Source: an uncultured bacterium (GTDB lineage: Bacteria; Bacteroidota; Ignavibacteria; UBA10030; BY39). From it: a DNA stretch of 64,000 nucleotides. This document shows positions 10,776-21,119 of this stretch, piece after piece. Numbering within the stretch: position 1 is the stretch's first letter; every line of letters begins with the position of its first letter. Position numbers and translations under genes: made by a program. Below the pieces are notes generated by a model. That model saw only the letters and a list, made by a program, of their open reading frames with translations. It did not search any database and was not told the origin of the DNA. The stretch is from contig CALCJK010000009.1 of the NCBI GenBank assembly GCA_937967455.1, positions 49,116 to 113,115 on the forward strand, in the 5' to 3' direction.

Positions 10776-12647
10776 TTAAATAATAATTTGCGCAACTATT
10801 CCACCTATTATAAAAGAGCTAATCCAGGTACCAATCCAGATTAATGAAGCTACTTTCCAACCTCTTTCTTTATACATTATTAAAATTGAAGTTATACAGG
10901 GTACGAATAAGGTTATAGTAATTAATGCAACCACTGTTTGCATAGGATTCATAGATAATTCATATAAGCCGGCTGCACCGAAATCGCGCCTAACTAGACC
11001 CATTACAAAGGCAGTAGCTGCCTGTGTCGGAAGTTTTAGCCAATATTGAGTTAAAGGTGAAAGTAATTTTTGCCAGATATCTAATAAACCTGTAACTTGC
11101 ATAATTCCAATAATTGCGGCTCCAAAGAAAAACCAGGGGGTAGCTTCCTTCATAAATGCAAATGTTTTGATCATAGTTTTTTGTAAAACATTATTTAACT
11201 GTGGAAATCGAAGTGGTGGTAAATTAATCAATAATGGCTCAGAATCGCCTTTAAGGATTTTATTCAAAATTGTACCGATTGCAATTAAGACAATTAGAAT
11301 AACAAAAACATAAATTAAAAGTGCTTTAAAACCAGCTCCCATAAGTAAAGCCGCAATCACAGCAAGTTGGGCTGAGCAAGGAATTGCAAATTGTAATATT
11401 GCAGTTGCAATTGTTTTTTCCTTTTCATTTGATAAAAGTCGTGTAGTAATTGTTGCTGCTGAAACACAACCGAATCCTAGTATTAATGGAATAATTGCTC
11501 TTCCATTCAAACCCAAGAAATTCATAATTCTATCTACAAGTGTTGCTAATCTTGGTAAATATCCAGTGTCCTCTAGAAATGAAAGAGTAATATAAAATGT
11601 AAATACCAATGGTAATAAAAGAAAGAACAAATAGGTAATAGTCATCGTTAAAATTCCAAATTCTCCAATTAAAATATGTCCGATAAAAGATTCCTCTGGA
11701 ATTATTTGTGAAATTGTTGATCTAATCCAGGTTTCCCATAGCTGGTTTCCAAAATATGATTCTGTGAAGGAGACCAAATCCTGTGCGACTAATTTCCCAA
11801 TAAATATATAAGCTAAGTATAAAATTATTATAAGTATTGGAATACCTGTAATTGGATTAATTGTCCACCTTCCAAGTAACGATGAGATTTGTTTACTTAG
11901 TAATGCTTCGTCAATTACTTGATTTAAGATTTTGTTTACACGATTTCTTCTTTCGATATAAATTGACTCACGTAAATTATTTATCTTTATACCATGCTTT
12001 TTGATAATGTATTCATCACCTTCAAGTGCCAGTAGAGCTTCAGCCTGTGATCCAACTAAATTTAACATATGATGTAGTTGTGCATGTAGTTGTGGGTCCT
12101 GTTTGCCGCAAGTAGCTTTTGTTAAAGCATGTAAAAGTTCAGTTAGCCCTTCTTTCTTAATCGCAATAGCAGGAATAATAGGAACACCAAGTAATTCGGA
12201 TAATTTATCAATATCTATTTTGATGTTATTTTTTTTTGCTTCATCCATGAAGTTCAAAACTACAATGAGTTTTTTGCCCATATCAATGAGCTGTTGGGTT
12301 AAGAATAAATCTCTTTCAAGATGTACACTGTCAACTATGTTTATTATTATGTCTGCTTCTAAGATAATATCGCGAGCTACTTTTTCTTCATCATTGAATG
12401 ATGAAACACCATAAATTCCAGGTGTATCGTAAACATCGTAATTTAAGTATCTACCCTTAGTAACTTCAATTGTTGTGCCTGGATAATTTGAGACATCAAC
12501 ATAAATTCCACTCAGGAAATTAAAAATTACAGATTTCCCAACATTTGGATTTCCAACCAAAACAAGTTTTTGGTTTTTTGAGTCAGTTATTATTGAAGTT
12601 TTTTCTACATGTTTGTGATGCTCAAAATGATTTATGTTATTATTCAT
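10776..12647 (-). CDS. feoB: Ferrous iron transporter B
   Basis: GNPNVGKS, NYPGTT, DTPGIY, NFMD G-motifs; membrane domain GFGC, IPCS, PC. Confidence 0.96.
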   Translation of the reverse strand: MNNNINHFEHHKHVEKTSIITDSKNQKLVLVGNPNVGKSVIFNFLSGIYVDVSNYPGTTIEVTKGRYLNYDVYDTPGIYGVSSFNDEEKVARDIILEADIIINIVDSVHLERDLFLTQQLIDMGKKLIVVLNFMDEAKKNNIKIDIDKLSELLGVPIIPAIAIKKEGLTELLHALTKATCGKQDPQLHAQLHHMLNLVGSQAEALLALEGDEYIIKKHGIKINNLRESIYIERRNRVNKILNQVIDEALLSKQISSLLGRWTINPITGIPILIIILYLAYIFIGKLVAQDLVSFTESYFGNQLWETWIRSTISQIIPEESFIGHILIGEFGILTMTITYLFFLLLPLVFTFYITLSFLEDTGYLPRLATLVDRIMNFLGLNGRAIIPLILGFGCVSAATITTRLLSNEKEKTIATAILQFAIPCSAQLAVIAALLMGAGFKALLIYVFVILIVLIAIGTILNKILKGDSEPLLINLPPLRFPQLNNVLQKTMIKTFAFMKEATPWFFFGAAIIGIMQVTGLLDIWQKLLSPLTQYWLKLPTQAATAFVMGLVRRDFGAAGLYELSMNPMQTVVALITITLFVPCITSILIMYKERGWKVASLIWIGTWISSFIIGGIVAQIII

Positions 12648-12884
12648 TTATACTTTCGTTACAATGATTTTATTAGCTAATTTAGAACCTATTGCAATCT
12701 CCTGTCTGCCTTTTTTAATCACAACTGTACCGCCTAACAGGTTTTCCATACACATTATGATGTCTCCTTCTATTATTCCAAAACGAATTAATTGGCTTCT
12801 GTGAACACCATCAGGAATGGATATAATCTGTAATCTATCATATTTTTTGCATTTTGTAAGTTGTATAGATTTTTTTATTGTCAT
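12648..12884 (-). CDS. feoA: FeoA family protein
   Basis: QLIRFGIIEGD..GGTVVIKKGRQEIAIG; abuts feoB. Confidence 0.88.
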   Translation of the reverse strand: MTIKKSIQLTKCKKYDRLQIISIPDGVHRSQLIRFGIIEGDIIMCMENLLGGTVVIKKGRQEIAIGSKLANKIIVTKV

Positions 12885-13327
12885 TTAACGACACCTTTTT
12901 GGCATTCATTACAGATACCAAAGATCTGTAAACTAGAATTTTTAATCAAAAAATTTCTTGACCTACTTATTTTAACTTCTATTTGCGCTATATCATTTGA
13001 AGTGAATTCTGTTATCTTTCCACAATTTAAACAAATTAAGTGATAGTGGTTGGGTTTATTCAAAATTTTTTCATATCGATAATGGTCGGTTCCAAATCTA
13101 TATCGGTTTAGTATTCCACAGGCTGTCAGTAAATCTAATGTATTATAAACTGTTGCCAGAACAACATTTTTGTATTGTTTTTTAATGTTAAAATAGAGCT
13201 CTTCTGCATCAAAATGGCCTTTCATCTGAATAATTGATTTAAGAATCTTTTCCCTTTCGCGCGTGTAACGCAGTTTCTTTTCTTTTAGATGTTTCTTAAG
13301 TATTTCAAATTCGGGTGATGAATTCAT
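12881..13327 (-). CDS. fur: Fur family transcriptional regulator
   Basis: HFDAEELY, ATVYNTL, HYHLICLNCG, GICNEC; 4-bp overlap with feoA. Confidence 0.9.
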   Translation of the reverse strand: MNSSPEFEILKKHLKEKKLRYTREREKILKSIIQMKGHFDAEELYFNIKKQYKNVVLATVYNTLDLLTACGILNRYRFGTDHYRYEKILNKPNHYHLICLNCGKITEFTSNDIAQIEVKISRSRNFLIKNSSLQIFGICNECQKGVVK

Positions 13328-13338
13328 ATTTTAAATTG

Positions 13339-13355
13339 TTTAGAATCATTCTAAA
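13339..13355. promoter_or_regulatory. Fur-family operator
   Basis: Perfect palindrome TTTAGAAT-C-ATTCTAAA about 12 bp upstream of the fur start. Confidence 0.7.
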
Positions 13356-13523
13356 TAAAGATAAGTAATTCTATGATATTTGGCAAATATTTAAATAGTT
13401 ATTTTAAATTACCTAATGGATAGTTCAATTTTTAGCCTTCGATTAATAGAGTAATTACTTATCTTCGGAGAGGCACTTTATTATAAAGTTGAAAAAGTAT
13501 TCAAGAATTTCATTAATAAAACT

Positions 13524-14816
13524 TTAGTGGGTAAGTCCAAATTTTCTTGAAACATATTTGTTATACAATAATAAACCAATAATAGTCACAACGCCTATTA
13601 AACTAAAAAGCAACCATAAAGTTTGTGGATCTTTTAGATTATCTACAAAATGTACGTACATATTTGCACCTAATATTCCTCCAATTGAAGATCCAATAAC
13701 ACCATATAAAAATGCATAACCAAGGTATGTTGCTTTTTTATCCTGAGGTGCAATCAAACCAACATAGCTTATGAATTTAGGATGTGCTGTCATTTCTCCT
13801 ATTGAGAAAATCATAATTCCGATTATAAAAATCCATATATTGGTTGAAATTGCTAAGATTGCCATTCCAAGTGTTCCCATTGATATTCCAGCAATCATTG
13901 TTGGTAAAGCTTTTGTGTTTTTAACTATATTTGATACAATCATCTGGAGGAAAATAATTGTTCCTGCATTTATTACTGTTACATGTTCAATATCGAACTG
14001 CCAGTTGATATTAATTCCCACTATAATCAGAACACTATTCACAAAATTGTTCAGTTCTGTTGCATTAACATAATCTTTTACATACCATAGTACTGAATCA
14101 AACATCTGAAAATATAATATCCAGAATCCTGAATAAATCACAATTAAACCTATAAATTTAAAATCTGTTAAAACCATTATCATATCTTTTAGTACTTGTA
14201 GGAAATTTTTAGTACTTGGTGGTTTAGGTGGTTCTTTATACCATATGATGGTTGGGATTAACATTGCGATAGTAAAAACAGCTGATGCCAAAATTACATA
14301 ATTCCAGCCAAAGTTATTTTTCAGGTAAGGTACCAGTATTAATGGGAAAAGGAAAGCACCTAAATTTATAGACCAATAATAAATTCCAAATCCCAGAGTA
14401 CTGTTATGTTCAGTTGTAATTCTTGCTATTGTTCCTGAAATCATTGGTTTGAATGCCCCTGCACCAATTCCCATAATAACTAAACTACCAAAAACCAAAG
14501 CATAGTCAGTTGCCTGACTGGTTAGAAAATATCCCAATCCTAAAAATGAAAATGCAAACATTAAGGTTTTTCTATATCCAAATCTATCCCCAATTGCACC
14601 AGCCAGAATTGGTAAAATGTATAGTAATGGTTGAATAGTACTTTTTATTACTCCCACACTCTCCTTACTATAACCAAGTTGGTCTGTGAAGTAAACAGAA
14701 AGAATGCTCATCATTCCATAGTATGATCCTCTTTCAAAAAATTCAAAGATAATGACTAACCAATAAACTCCCGGGAAAGTTTTAATTGTTTTGGTGAATG
14801 ATTTTTTATTTTCCAT
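13524..14816 (-). CDS. MFS transporter, POT/oligopeptide-like
   Basis: EFFERGSYYG (ExxER motif), GAIGDRFGYRK, about 12 TM. Confidence 0.85.
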   Translation of the reverse strand: MENKKSFTKTIKTFPGVYWLVIIFEFFERGSYYGMMSILSVYFTDQLGYSKESVGVIKSTIQPLLYILPILAGAIGDRFGYRKTLMFAFSFLGLGYFLTSQATDYALVFGSLVIMGIGAGAFKPMISGTIARITTEHNSTLGFGIYYWSINLGAFLFPLILVPYLKNNFGWNYVILASAVFTIAMLIPTIIWYKEPPKPPSTKNFLQVLKDMIMVLTDFKFIGLIVIYSGFWILYFQMFDSVLWYVKDYVNATELNNFVNSVLIIVGININWQFDIEHVTVINAGTIIFLQMIVSNIVKNTKALPTMIAGISMGTLGMAILAISTNIWIFIIGIMIFSIGEMTAHPKFISYVGLIAPQDKKATYLGYAFLYGVIGSSIGGILGANMYVHFVDNLKDPQTLWLLFSLIGVVTIIGLLLYNKYVSRKFGLTH

Positions 14817-14865
14817 AATTTATTTTTAGGTTAAAGATAAAATATTTTTCAATGAATTTCAATCT

Positions 14866-14894
14866 TTGCATTTCAGAGCATCTTTTTTTATATT
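14866..14894 (+). promoter_or_regulatory. Putative sigma70 promoter of the lpdA operon
   Basis: TTGCAT-17 bp-TATATT. Confidence 0.45.
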
Positions 14895-14981
14895 CAAAAA
14901 AATATTTTAATCTGAGCAATCAATTTAGATTTTTTTGGTTCTTATATTAGAATTTTCAATCAAGTAAATAAGATAAAGTTT

Positions 14982-16376
14982 ATGGAAAATAAACGTTTTG
15001 ATATTGCAATAATCGGTGGTGGACCGGGTGGTTATGTTGCGGCAATCCGTGCTGCACAATTGGGTTTTAAAGTTGCTGTAATTGAAAAAGATAAACTCGG
15101 AGGCGTTTGCTTAAATTGGGGTTGTATACCAACAAAAGCATTGCTAAAAAATGCGGAAATTTTTAATTTCATTAAAAATTCGGATGAATTTGGGATTAGT
15201 TCTGAAAATATTAAATTTGATTTTAAAAAAATTATTAAAAGAAGTCGGGATGTCGCATTAAGGAATTCAAAAGGTGTAGAATATCTTTTCAAAAAACATA
15301 AAATTATTCATATTTCAGGATTTGGCAAAATTCAATCACAGGGTAATATAGAAATTTCAAAAGATAATGAAATTATTGAATTAATAAGTGCTGATCATAT
15401 TATAATTGCAACAGGTGCCCGACCAAGAACTATTCCAGGTATAAAAATTGATGGGAAAAAGATTATAACTTCAACTGAAGCTATGCTATTACCTGAACCT
15501 CCTAAAACAATGTTAATCATTGGAGCTGGCGCAATTGGTGTTGAGTTTGCATATTTTTATAATACATTTGGGACCAAAGTTACACTTGTTGAAATGATGC
15601 CTTCTATACTACCAATAGAAGATAAAGAAATTACAAAATTGTTGGAAAGCATTTTTAAAAAGTCTGGTATTGAAATTCTTACAAACCATAAAGTTGAAAA
15701 AGCTTCGATTGGTGAAAAAGTAAGAATTGAGCTTACTTCCAATGGGAAAAGTGTAGAAATTGAAGGTGATATTGCATTAATGGCAATTGGTGTACAGGGC
15801 AATGTAGAAAATATAGGATTAGAATCTGTTGGTGTAAAATATGAGAAAAGTTTCATTTTGGTTGATGAATATTATAGAACAAATGTAAAAGGTATATATG
15901 CAATAGGTGATGTAATTGGTCCACCATTACTTGCACATGTAGCATCTGCTGAAGGAATAACGTGTGTTGAAGCAATAGCGGGAAAAGATCCGCAACCGGT
16001 AGATTATGAAAATGTTCCAGGTTGTACATATTGTCAGCCGCAGGTAGCCAGCTTAGGATTAACCGAGGAAAAAGCAATTAACCAGGGTTATAAGATAAAA
16101 ATAGGTCGATTTCCTTTTACTGCTAGTGGAAAAGCCAGGGCAATTGGTGAAACTGATGGATTGGTAAAATTAATTTTTGACGAAAAGTATGGTGAATTAT
16201 TGGGTGCACATATACTAGGATCTGATGCCACGGAGATGATTGCAGAACTTGGAGTTGCAAGAACTCTTGGAACAACCGCAAAGGAAATTATAAAGACAAT
16301 TCATGCACATCCAACACTATCTGAGGCAGTAATGGAAGCTGCAGCAAACGCATTTGGGGAAGCAATTCATATTTAA
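14982..16376 (+). CDS. lpdA: Dihydrolipoyl dehydrogenase (E3)
   Basis: GGGPGGYVAAIRAAQ, GGVCLNWGCIPTK, HAHPTLSE. Confidence 0.97.
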   Translation: MENKRFDIAIIGGGPGGYVAAIRAAQLGFKVAVIEKDKLGGVCLNWGCIPTKALLKNAEIFNFIKNSDEFGISSENIKFDFKKIIKRSRDVALRNSKGVEYLFKKHKIIHISGFGKIQSQGNIEISKDNEIIELISADHIIIATGARPRTIPGIKIDGKKIITSTEAMLLPEPPKTMLIIGAGAIGVEFAYFYNTFGTKVTLVEMMPSILPIEDKEITKLLESIFKKSGIEILTNHKVEKASIGEKVRIELTSNGKSVEIEGDIALMAIGVQGNVENIGLESVGVKYEKSFILVDEYYRTNVKGIYAIGDVIGPPLLAHVASAEGITCVEAIAGKDPQPVDYENVPGCTYCQPQVASLGLTEEKAINQGYKIKIGRFPFTASGKARAIGETDGLVKLIFDEKYGELLGAHILGSDATEMIAELGVARTLGTTAKEIIKTIHAHPTLSEAVMEAAANAFGEAIHI

Positions 16377-16377
16377 A

Positions 16378-17097
16378 ATGAATGAAGTACTCGCTACATA
16401 CCTTGGGAAAACAAAGTTTGCAAACACATGGAATCTACAGAAAGATATTGTATCTTTAATTGAGAATAAGCGAATAAATGATGTTTTAATACTTAATGAA
16501 CATAATCATGTCTACACTATTGGGAAATCTGGTTCAGATAATCACTTGCTTGCTGATAACAAAGAATTAGCACATAGGGGTATTGAGGTTTTTTATATTG
16601 ATCGAGGTGGTGATATAACCTATCACGGTCCAGGACAATTAGTTGGTTATCCAATAATTGATTTAAACAATTATTATCTTGATATTCATCGCTATTTAAG
16701 AGAACTTGAAGAAGTAATTATTTTAACACTTAAAGATTTTGACATTATAGCAAAAAATGATAAAAATTTTACTGGTGTATGGGTTAATGATAATAAAATT
16801 GCTGCTATTGGAATAAAAGTTTCAAAATGGATTACCATGCATGGATTTGCTCTAAATGTTAATACGGATTTATCTTACTTTGATAGAATAATACCCTGCG
16901 GAATTTTTCATAGAGGGGTAACTTCAATGAAATCATTATTAGATAAAGAAATTGAAATGTTGGAAATTGTTAATACTTTATTAAAAAATTTTGAAAAAGT
17001 ATTCAAGTGTAAGATAAATTTCTTAAATGATAAAGATTTTATTAATATTATAAATGAAATAAATGTAAAGGATAATAAATGTCTACAGGTGAAGTGA
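16378..17097 (+). CDS. lipB: Lipoyl(octanoyl) transferase
   Basis: EHNHVYTIG, RGGDITYHGPGQ, KIAAIG, IPCG; ATG 1 nt after the lpdA stop chosen as start. Confidence 0.95.
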   Translation: MNEVLATYLGKTKFANTWNLQKDIVSLIENKRINDVLILNEHNHVYTIGKSGSDNHLLADNKELAHRGIEVFYIDRGGDITYHGPGQLVGYPIIDLNNYYLDIHRYLRELEEVIILTLKDFDIIAKNDKNFTGVWVNDNKIAAIGIKVSKWITMHGFALNVNTDLSYFDRIIPCGIFHRGVTSMKSLLDKEIEMLEIVNTLLKNFEKVFKCKINFLNDKDFINIINEINVKDNKCLQVK

Positions 17098-19133
17098 TAA
17101 AAATAAATAATAAAGATTCGAAGATTATTATGGATCTTACTCGGAGTGATCTACTCGAAATTTATCGTTTAATGTTGTTATCTCGTAAACTCGATGAGAA
17201 GCAGATAACTTTTTTAAAGCAGGGTAAACAATTTTTTCATATAGGGGCACCAGGACATGAAGCTGCCCAAATTGCTGTTGCCAGAGCAATGAAAAAGGGA
17301 ACCGATTGGGCATATCCATATTATCGTGATATTGCATTTGCTTTGGCTTTTGGAGAAACTCCTCAGGGAATTTTATTAGAAGCTTTGCACCGTGCCGACG
17401 GTCCAAGCTCAGGAGGAAGAGCAATGCCTTGTCATTACGGGAATAAAAAATTACGAATTCCATCTCAATCCAGTTGTACTGGAACACAATTCTTACAGGC
17501 AGTTGGAACTGCTATGGGTGCTGTCAAAGAAGGTACCGATGAAGTAGTTTACGTTTCTTCAGGAGAGGGCACAACAAGCGAAGGTGAATTCTGGGAAGCT
17601 TTAAATTGGTCCACAAGAGAAAAATTTCCAGTAATATTTCATATCCAAAATAACAAATATGCAATTTCAGTTCCAATTCATGAACAAATAGCTACAGGAT
17701 CAATATACACTTTGACTGAAGGATTCAAAGGTTTAAATAGGTATTTTGTAGATGGTACAGACTTTTTCGAAATATACAAAGTTGCCAAAGATGCAGTTTT
17801 AAAAGCTCGCACTGGTAATGGTCCAGCATTAATTGAATCAGATGTTGTAAGATTATTGCCACATTCCTCATCTGATGATCAAAGAAAGTATAGATCACCA
17901 GAGGAACTTGAAAAAGATAAATTACGAGATCCTATAATAAAATTCGAAAATTTTCTGATTGATAATCAAATTTCTACAAAAGAACAATTAGATGAATTAA
18001 AAGAAATTGTAGTGAAAGAGGTTAACGAGGTAGCTGATTGGGTAGAAGCGCAACCCCAAGCCGATCCTTCAACTGTTGAATTGTATGTGTATTCACCCAA
18101 TCAGATCATAACTCAGGAAAATTTTACTGAAAAAGAATTTGAAGGTCCTAATGTCGTAATGGTTGATGCTATTAATCATGCTTTAGCAGAAGAGCTGGAA
18201 TATAATCCAAAGATGTTGATTTATGGTGAGGATGTAGCTGGCGACAAAGGTGGAGTTTTTACAGTAACAAAGGGTTTAACTGCAAGATTTGGCAAAGAGA
18301 GGGTTTTTAATTCTCCTCTTGCTGAGGCAAGTATCGTAGGAACTGCAATTGGTTTAGCACTGCGTGGCTGGAAACCCGTTGTTGAAATACAATTTGGAGA
18401 TTATATCTGGCCTGCATTTATGCAAATTCGAGATGAACTTTCGATGATGAGATATAGGTCAAACAATACCTGGTCAGCACCTGTTGTAATTAGAGTTGCA
18501 GTTGGTGGTTATATACATGGAGGTTTGTACCATAGTCAATCGATTGAATCCTTCTTCACTCACACACCAGGTTTGAGGGTGGTGTTCCCATCTAACGCTG
18601 CAGATGCAAAAGGACTTCTAAAGACAGCTTGTCGGAGCGAAGATCCTGTTCTTTTCCTTGAGCATAAAGGTATGTATAGGCAAAGTTTCGCTGCCTCACC
18701 TGAACCTGATAAAGATTACCTTATACCTTTTGGTTTGGCAAAAGTGAAGCGACCTGGAGATGATATCTCAATCATTACCTATGGAATGATGGTGCAACGT
18801 TCGATTGAAGCTGCTCGTAAACTTGAAGAACAAGGATACAGTATAGAAGTTATAGATTTGCGCACACTTAATCCACTTGATAAGGATGCAATTCTGAATT
18901 CTGTAAAGAAAACTGGGAAAGTATTGATCGTCCATGAAGAAACATTATTCAGTGGTTTTGGAGGCGAAATTGCCGCCATTATCTCCAATGAAGCATTTGA
19001 ATATTTAGATGCACCAATAATGAGGGTTGCGGCAAAAGATACACCCGTACCTTATGCACCTCAACTTGAATATGCTATGTTGCCACAAACCGAAAATATT
19101 GTTTTAGCTCTTCAAAAATTAGCACAATATTAA
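17079..19133 (+). CDS. Fused 2-oxoacid dehydrogenase E1 alpha/beta (branched-chain type)
   Basis: TPP motif GEGTTSEG..NN, HSSSDD, then beta domain GEDV..HSQS; start may be 17130. Confidence 0.92.
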   Translation: MSTGEVIKINNKDSKIIMDLTRSDLLEIYRLMLLSRKLDEKQITFLKQGKQFFHIGAPGHEAAQIAVARAMKKGTDWAYPYYRDIAFALAFGETPQGILLEALHRADGPSSGGRAMPCHYGNKKLRIPSQSSCTGTQFLQAVGTAMGAVKEGTDEVVYVSSGEGTTSEGEFWEALNWSTREKFPVIFHIQNNKYAISVPIHEQIATGSIYTLTEGFKGLNRYFVDGTDFFEIYKVAKDAVLKARTGNGPALIESDVVRLLPHSSSDDQRKYRSPEELEKDKLRDPIIKFENFLIDNQISTKEQLDELKEIVVKEVNEVADWVEAQPQADPSTVELYVYSPNQIITQENFTEKEFEGPNVVMVDAINHALAEELEYNPKMLIYGEDVAGDKGGVFTVTKGLTARFGKERVFNSPLAEASIVGTAIGLALRGWKPVVEIQFGDYIWPAFMQIRDELSMMRYRSNNTWSAPVVIRVAVGGYIHGGLYHSQSIESFFTHTPGLRVVFPSNAADAKGLLKTACRSEDPVLFLEHKGMYRQSFAASPEPDKDYLIPFGLAKVKRPGDDISIITYGMMVQRSIEAARKLEEQGYSIEVIDLRTLNPLDKDAILNSVKKTGKVLIVHEETLFSGFGGEIAAIISNEAFEYLDAPIMRVAAKDTPVPYAPQLEYAMLPQTENIVLALQKLAQY

Positions 19134-19134
19134 A

Positions 19135-20127
19135 ATGCAAACATCCAGTATATACTTACAAAATCTAACTGATAAAGATTATTTAAAGCTGTATTATTTT
19201 ATGAGCTTGATGAGGCAATTTGAAAATAGTATTTTAAATCTTTATCGTCAGGGTAGAATTGTAGGAGGTGTATATAGCGGAATGGGAAACGAAGCAACTG
19301 CAATTGGAAGTGCTTTCGCTTTGGACTCAAACGATTACTTGTTTCCAATGCATAGAGATTCGGGTGCACATTTTGTAAAAGGACAAAATCTTCGCACAAT
19401 GATGTTGCAGTATCTCGGTAGGGCAGACAGCCCAACTAAAGGTCGAGATGGAAGTGGCCATTATGCAGATCCCATACTTAGAATCTATGGAAATATAAGT
19501 CATCTCGGTGCAATGATTCCAGTTGCTGCGGGAGTAGCACTAGCAATAAAGTATAGAAATGAAAAAAGTGTAGTGTTAAATTATATTGGTGAAGGCGGTA
19601 GCAATGTTGGCGATTTTCATGAAGCATTAGCATTTTCGTCTGTATTGAAATTACCTTTGATTCTTATAATCGAAAATAATCAATATGCATACTCAACACC
19701 AGTCTATAAACAGACAATTGCCAGACAATTTTCTGATCGAGCTATAGGTTACGGGATTCCAGGTGTGACAATAGACGGAACTGATGTCCTTGAAGTATAT
19801 AGTGTTTGTAAGGAAGCAGTTGAAAGAGCACGCAGAGGTAAAGGTCCTTCAATTATCGAATCTGTTACTATGAGAATGCAGGGTCATGCAGCTTACGATG
19901 ATGCCTGGTATGTTCCTAAATCAGAATTAGAAAAATGGCGCCAAAAAGATCCAATTGAAAGATACGAGAGTTTATTATTTGATAAAAAAATTTTAAATGA
20001 ATCAATTAAAAATGAGATTTTAAATAAAATAAACTCAGAAATCCAGGATGCTCTGAATTTTGCTCTAAATGCACCACTTCCAAAGCCATCTGAGGATTTG
20101 TTTAAAGTTTTTTTGGAAAAAGATTAA
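19135..20127 (+). CDS. 2-oxoacid dehydrogenase E1 alpha subunit
   Basis: GEGGSNVGDFHE..ENN, RMQGHAAYD. Confidence 0.92.
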   Translation: MQTSSIYLQNLTDKDYLKLYYFMSLMRQFENSILNLYRQGRIVGGVYSGMGNEATAIGSAFALDSNDYLFPMHRDSGAHFVKGQNLRTMMLQYLGRADSPTKGRDGSGHYADPILRIYGNISHLGAMIPVAAGVALAIKYRNEKSVVLNYIGEGGSNVGDFHEALAFSSVLKLPLILIIENNQYAYSTPVYKQTIARQFSDRAIGYGIPGVTIDGTDVLEVYSVCKEAVERARRGKGPSIIESVTMRMQGHAAYDDAWYVPKSELEKWRQKDPIERYESLLFDKKILNESIKNEILNKINSEIQDALNFALNAPLPKPSEDLFKVFLEKD

Positions 20128-21104
20128 TGCCAGTGATGACTTACATAGAAGCTATTTCCAGAGGATTATGGGAAGAAATGGAAAGGGATGAATCTGTTTT
20201 TTTGTTAGGTGAAGATATTGGTACATATGGAGGTGCGTTCAAAGTTACAAAAGGATTCTTAGAAAGGTTTGGTGAGAATAGAGTGATTGATACAGTAATT
20301 GCAGAATCTGCAATTGTGGGAGCAGCAATAGGTGCTGCTCTGGTGGGTTTGAAACCAATTGCTGAAATGCAATTTGCAGATTTTGTAACTAATGCTTTTA
20401 CTCAGCTAGTCAATAATGCAGCTAAGACTTTCTTTAGGTGGAATATACCACTTCCTATGGTTGTGCGATTACCTTCAGGTGGGAAGATTCATGGTGGACC
20501 TTTTCATTCTGTAAATCCAGAAGCCTGGTTTTTCCATGTCCCTGGATTGAAGATTGTTGCACCTGCAACCCCATATGACGCTAAAGGTCTCATCAAAGCT
20601 GCTATAAGAGATCCCAATCCTGTTCTTTATATAGAACATAAATTTCTATATCGTAATATAAGAGGCGATGTTCCTGATATTGATTATGTGTTGCCTATTG
20701 GCTCAGCAGATGTAAAAAGAATTGGTAATGATATAACATTAATTACATATGGAAGTATGTTACATTGGTCATTAAAAGCTGCTGAGCGACTTTATGCAGA
20801 ATATGGAACTGAAGTAGAAATTGTAGACCTCCGCACATTAATGCCGCTCGATAAGACAACAATATTCGAATCTGTAAAAAAAACAGGAAAAGTTTTAATA
20901 GTCCACGAGGATACAGTAACTGGTGGTATAGGTGCAGAAATATCAGCTTTGATAAATGAAAATCTTTTTGAATATTTAGATGCACCAATAATTCGTGTTG
21001 GTGCACTGGATGCACCCGTGCCATATAGTCCACCACTTGAGGACTATTTTTTACCTGATGAAAATAAAATTTATAATGCATTAAAAATTTTAAAAGAATA
21101 TTAA
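20127..21104 (+). CDS. 2-oxoacid dehydrogenase E1 beta subunit
   Basis: GEDIGTYGGAFKVT, EMQFADF, GGPFHS. Confidence 0.93.
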   Translation: MPVMTYIEAISRGLWEEMERDESVFLLGEDIGTYGGAFKVTKGFLERFGENRVIDTVIAESAIVGAAIGAALVGLKPIAEMQFADFVTNAFTQLVNNAAKTFFRWNIPLPMVVRLPSGGKIHGGPFHSVNPEAWFFHVPGLKIVAPATPYDAKGLIKAAIRDPNPVLYIEHKFLYRNIRGDVPDIDYVLPIGSADVKRIGNDITLITYGSMLHWSLKAAERLYAEYGTEVEIVDLRTLMPLDKTTIFESVKKTGKVLIVHEDTVTGGIGAEISALINENLFEYLDAPIIRVGALDAPVPYSPPLEDYFLPDENKIYNALKILKEY

Positions 21105-21119
21105 AATGGAGAAAATATT

